A DNA stretch of 64,000 bases. Source: Eledone cirrhosa (lineage: Eukaryota). The position numbers and the translations under genes were made by a program. Each line of letters begins with the position of its first letter. Within the stretch, counting starts at the first letter, position 1. The stretch is from the NCBI GenBank assembly GCA_964016885.1, contig OZ024742.1, forward strand, positions 1,736,001-1,800,000. The letters are read 5' to 3'. Under the pieces are notes generated by a model that had not been told where the DNA came from, ran no database searches, and saw only the letters and a program-made list of their open reading frames with translations. This document shows positions 59,933 to 64,000 of this stretch, piece by piece.

Positions 59933-59977
59933 AACGGTGCTGATGATAGCTAACAAGCTTGAAACTAGTACATCGTT
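59933..59977 (+). ncRNA. Minimal type I hammerhead ribozyme
   Basis: AACGGTG-CTGATGA-TAGCT-AACA-AGCTT-GAAA-CTAG-TA-CATCGTT; 7-bp stem I, palindromic CTAG stem III, GUA triplet. Confidence 0.75.
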
Positions 59978-60140
59978 CCTGTGTCAGTGTTGAACAAAAA
60001 GGTGACGTGGTTGCGTTAACACCGTATGGCATAAATTCAGGCTGTTCAGTTTGTTGACAAATGAACAAAGCGGCGTTATAATAAGCGTCCGCTAAACTGA
60101 TGCGTGCATATATGTATGTGTACCTGTATGTATATATGTA

Positions 60141-60176
<36 letters not shown>

Positions 60177-60255
60177 CATGCATGCTACTGTACGTCTGTA
60201 TACATATATGTATGTACGTATACATACATACTTACATATATATATATATATATAT

Positions 60256-60560
60256 TCAATGTAAAGTTATGTTGGTGTCACAAAATCCAGGCCGAAACAA
60301 ATGAGATCGTGTAGGTGTCACGACAAAAAAACACACAGTCCACGCTGTAATGTGACCGTGTAGGCAACACGGTAAAAACGTCCCAGTCCCACACTGTAAA
60401 TGTGGTTGGTGTTAGGAAGGGCATCCAACTGTAGAAAACCCGCCAGACAGTCCTATGCAAGCAAGACAACCACTCTTGCCTCAAGTGGGAAAACTCCCGT
60501 CCAAACCCATGCAAGTGTGGAACATGGACGTTAAACGATGATGATGATGATGATGATGAT
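60256..60560 (+). mobile_element. RTE LINE 3' UTR-only insertion
   Basis: Matches 55677-55980; (GAT)n tail. Confidence 0.85.
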
Positions 60561-60760
60561 ATATAATGATTCTAAGACGTAATATGTTAATGTATATATA
60601 TATATATGTATATAATTGTTTCTACTTTAGGCACAAGGCCAGCAATCACCCAGTACATTACTGGTACTTTATTTTATCGACCCCGTAAGGATGAAAGGCA
60701 AAGTTAACCTCGGCGGGATTTGAACTCAGACTGTATATAATGATTCTAAGAAGTAATATG

Positions 60761-60808
<48 letters not shown>

Positions 60809-60815
60809 TAGGAGG

Positions 60816-60875
<60 letters not shown>

Positions 60876-61243
60876 TAGGAGGCACATAGATAGATAGATA
60901 GATAGATATATATGGCTTAGTGGTTAGAGCATTGGCCTTGCAATCGAAAGGTTGTGAGTTCAATTCTCAGACCGGGTGATGTGTTTTTTCCTTGAGCAAG
61001 ACACTTTATTTCACATTGCTCCAGTTTACTCAGCTGTAGAAATGAGATGATAGGGACTGGGGTCCCTATCATTCCACTGTAAAGTGGTCGTGGAGGTGCC
61101 ACGCCAAAAAAAACACCCAGCACTCACTGTAAATGAGGTTGGTATTAGGAAGGGCATCCAGCTGTAGAAATCAAGCCAGAATCAGTTCCCGTCCCACCCA
61201 TGCAAGCAGGGAAAAGCGGACGTAAAATGAAATGATGATGATG

Positions 61244-61433
61244 ATGATTCTAAGAAGTAATATGTTAATGTCTATATATATATGCGTATATATAATGATT
61301 CTAAGACGTAATATGTTAATGTATATATATATATATGTATATATAATGATTCTAAGAAGTAATATGTTAATGTCTATATATATATATATATATATGTATA
61401 TATAATGATTCTAAGAAGTAATATGCTAATGTC

Positions 61434-61466
<33 letters not shown>

Positions 61467-61498
61467 ATATATAATGATTCTAAGACGTAATATGTTAA

Positions 61499-61542
<44 letters not shown>

Positions 61543-61671
61543 GATTCTAAGAAGTAATATGTTAATGTCTATATATTTATATATGTATATATAATGATTC
61601 TAAGAAGTAATATGTTAATGTCTATATATATATATATATATATATAATGATTCTAAGAAGTAATATGTTAA

Positions 61672-61733
<62 letters not shown>

Positions 61734-61807
61734 GATTCTAAGAAGTAATATGTTAATGTCTATATATATATATATATATATAATGATTCTAAGAAGTAAT
61801 ATGTTAA

Positions 61808-61847
<40 letters not shown>

Positions 61848-61885
61848 GATTCTAAGAAGTAATATGTTAATGTCTATATATATAT
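61244..61885. repeat. Compound minisatellite ATGATTCTAAGAAGTAATATGTTAATGTC + variable (TA)n
   Basis: About 11 units here; scattered units at about 52868, 53103, 53177, 53241, 59057, 60566, 60740. Confidence 0.92.
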
Positions 61886-61916
61886 TTACTCTGTTTTCTT
61901 TATCTTACTGTTGCAG

Positions 61917-62152
61917 TTAACCCACCTAGTCGCTTAAAACATCTCAACAAACGACGTGTAGCAGTTCCTCATAGACACTTACCATCTAAATATCGAACTC
62001 CTCGTAAAGCAAGTGACATGCGCTCCTACTCCCAACCTAACTACCCAATTCATATAATTGCTAATTCTGGCTACAGAAGAATGCGTAATTCTGGTCTCGT
62101 CCTCTCCCTCGAACGTTTAGACGATGTACAAGAAGATGAAATCATGGTCTGA
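61917..62152 (+). CDS. myo9: Myosin IX terminal coding exon (NPPSRLKHLNKRRVAVPHRHLPSK...QEDEIMV*)
   Basis: Pyrimidine tract plus ttgcag; phase 1 matches the 45204 donor; 78 codons to TGA; C-terminal E-x-M-V like vertebrate MYO9A; absent from the ORF track. Confidence 0.85.
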
Positions 62153-63394
62153 GAAAAGCCTCTCACCCCTTCCTTGACCAAATTGACAAAATACCCACAT
62201 ACCTGCCTAGCTATTTATCCCTTGCTAACTTGCACCAGTGTCTTGCAAGCTGTGGATTTTACAAGATATGAGGACTACAAGAAGAAGAAGAAGAAGAAGA
62301 TGAAGCTCAACAACAACCACAACAGCAGCAAAAATAATAACGATGATAATGATTATAATAATGTGCCTCTATGGAACTTGATGTGTATACACACATATAT
62401 ACACACACACATATACACTCATCCTTGTGCATATGTAGTTATGTATTGAGATTGTTGATGTGTGTTAGGGTTGGTTTTTAAAGAAATCAGATCAAAAGAA
62501 GGATTGTGAGAGAGAGAGAGAATGCATCACTGAAGATGATCCAAGCAATAGACTGACTGAAATGTTGGGTATTATGGTGAAGAACTACTGCGTGTGAAGT
62601 ATTTATTGTATGCAGAATTTTCTGGTCATTCTCGCAATCTTATTGAAAACCTGTGATGATTCGGCTGAGGGAAGCCATTTTCACTAATGCTACTGAAAGT
62701 TCTTAGAACTTTCTTCATTTTTTTTACTCTCTCTCTCTATTGTGTATACATACTCATTACATTACACAGAGTGTAAGACACTGACACACACGTGCATGTG
62801 TACTCAACAACTCTCTCATGCACACACACACATACATGCTTATGTACAAACATGCAGGCATGCACACACACACGCATTCATGCTTGTGTACAGACATGCA
62901 CACATACATACACACATTCAGGCTTATGTTACCAGCATGCAGGCATGCACACTCACACAAACACACACGTTCATGTAGAGATATACAGGCAGACATGTAC
63001 AGGTGTATATAGCGGCACACTGACATATATACACACCTGAGTATACCTGAGGTGAAAGAGAAGCTCAAACCTGGTCATACGTTGGTCACCTTTTCAAGTT
63101 GTTATAAGAATCATGTTTTTACTAAAACCTCTTCCCCCCTCCCCTGGGGAGAAGAACCTGACAAATGAAAGAAAGAAAGGAAAGAGTTTGTAAATGGACG
63201 TTACAGTTGTTTAAACTTTCATTGACATAAATTACAGATTTAGGGAGTCTCAGGTACGGTGTAAGGTGTAGGTTGCACCTGCAACTCTCTACATTGACTC
63301 CCTCATCCTTCTCCTCTTTTCATAATAATAATCTACCACCACCACTACTAAATTTTCCTTTCTCTATATATACACACTCACACATACACACATA

Positions 63395-63638
63395 TTTATA
63401 TATGTATATATGTGTGTATATATGTGTGTATATGTGTGTATATATATATGTATGTATATGTATATATATGTATATATGTATATATATATAAGTGTATATA
63501 TATATATGTGTATATATATATATATGTGTATATGTATATATGTATATATGTATATATATATATGTGTATATGTATATATATATGTGTGTATATGTATATA
63601 TATATGTGTGTATATGTATATATATATGTGTGTATATG

Positions 63639-63689
<51 letters not shown>

Positions 63690-63690
63690 G

Positions 63691-63745
<55 letters not shown>

Positions 63746-63878
63746 GTATATATATATATGTATATATATATATATGTATATATATATATGTATATATATA
63801 TATATGTATATATATATATGTATATATATATATGTATATATATATATATGTATATATATATATGTATATATATATATG

Positions 63879-63943
<65 letters not shown>

Positions 63944-64000
63944 GTATATATATGTATATATATATATATATGTATATATATGTATATATATATGTATATG
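63395..64000. repeat. (TA/TG)n microsatellite running off the window
   Basis: Direct reading. Confidence 0.97.

Larger units (their letters stand above)
59103..60236. mobile_element. Non-coding hammerhead element: about 480-bp unit, partial tandem copy, then inverted copy (retrozyme/pLTR-like)
   Basis: Unit 59103-59585; direct restart at about 59583 running to 59786; inverted copy 59786-60236. Confidence 0.8.

Noticed and set aside
61244-61885. CRISPR-like repeat-spacer appearance (29-bp repeat, variable spacers)
   Set aside because: Spacers are only (TA)n/(TG)n, the context is a eukaryotic intron, and there are no cas genes
62526-62570. CTGAAGA...GAAA in the 3' UTR
   Set aside because: No stem II or stem I complementarity; chance match

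Overview
Eukaryotic, AT- and microsatellite-rich genomic DNA; the SINE/RTE repertoire looks like a coleoid cephalopod, probably octopus (inference). The only host gene I can support is the 3' half of a class IX myosin on the + strand. It has 14 phase-consistent GT-AG exons (24793-62152, 2162 nt, about 719 aa) encoding tail, C1 zinc finger, RhoGAP, coiled coil and a C-terminal EIMV* end. Everything else is intronic repeat: PHD-finger RTE LINEs, a second RTE family including a twin-primed 5'-inverted copy, L1/Tx1 and R4/Dong-like remnants, a deleted mariner, tRNA-derived SINEs and many minisatellites, several of which arose inside SINEs. The least explained signals are three. First, minimal type I hammerhead ribozymes from at least five unrelated sequence families, mostly in inverted-repeat Penelope/retrozyme-like structures, four of them in the sense orientation of the myosin transcript. 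Second, a perfect 282-bp palindrome of two head-to-head tRNA-like units. Third, a capping-protein-interaction-like motif in the last myosin IX exon. All coordinates were counted by eye; repeat boundaries are approximate.
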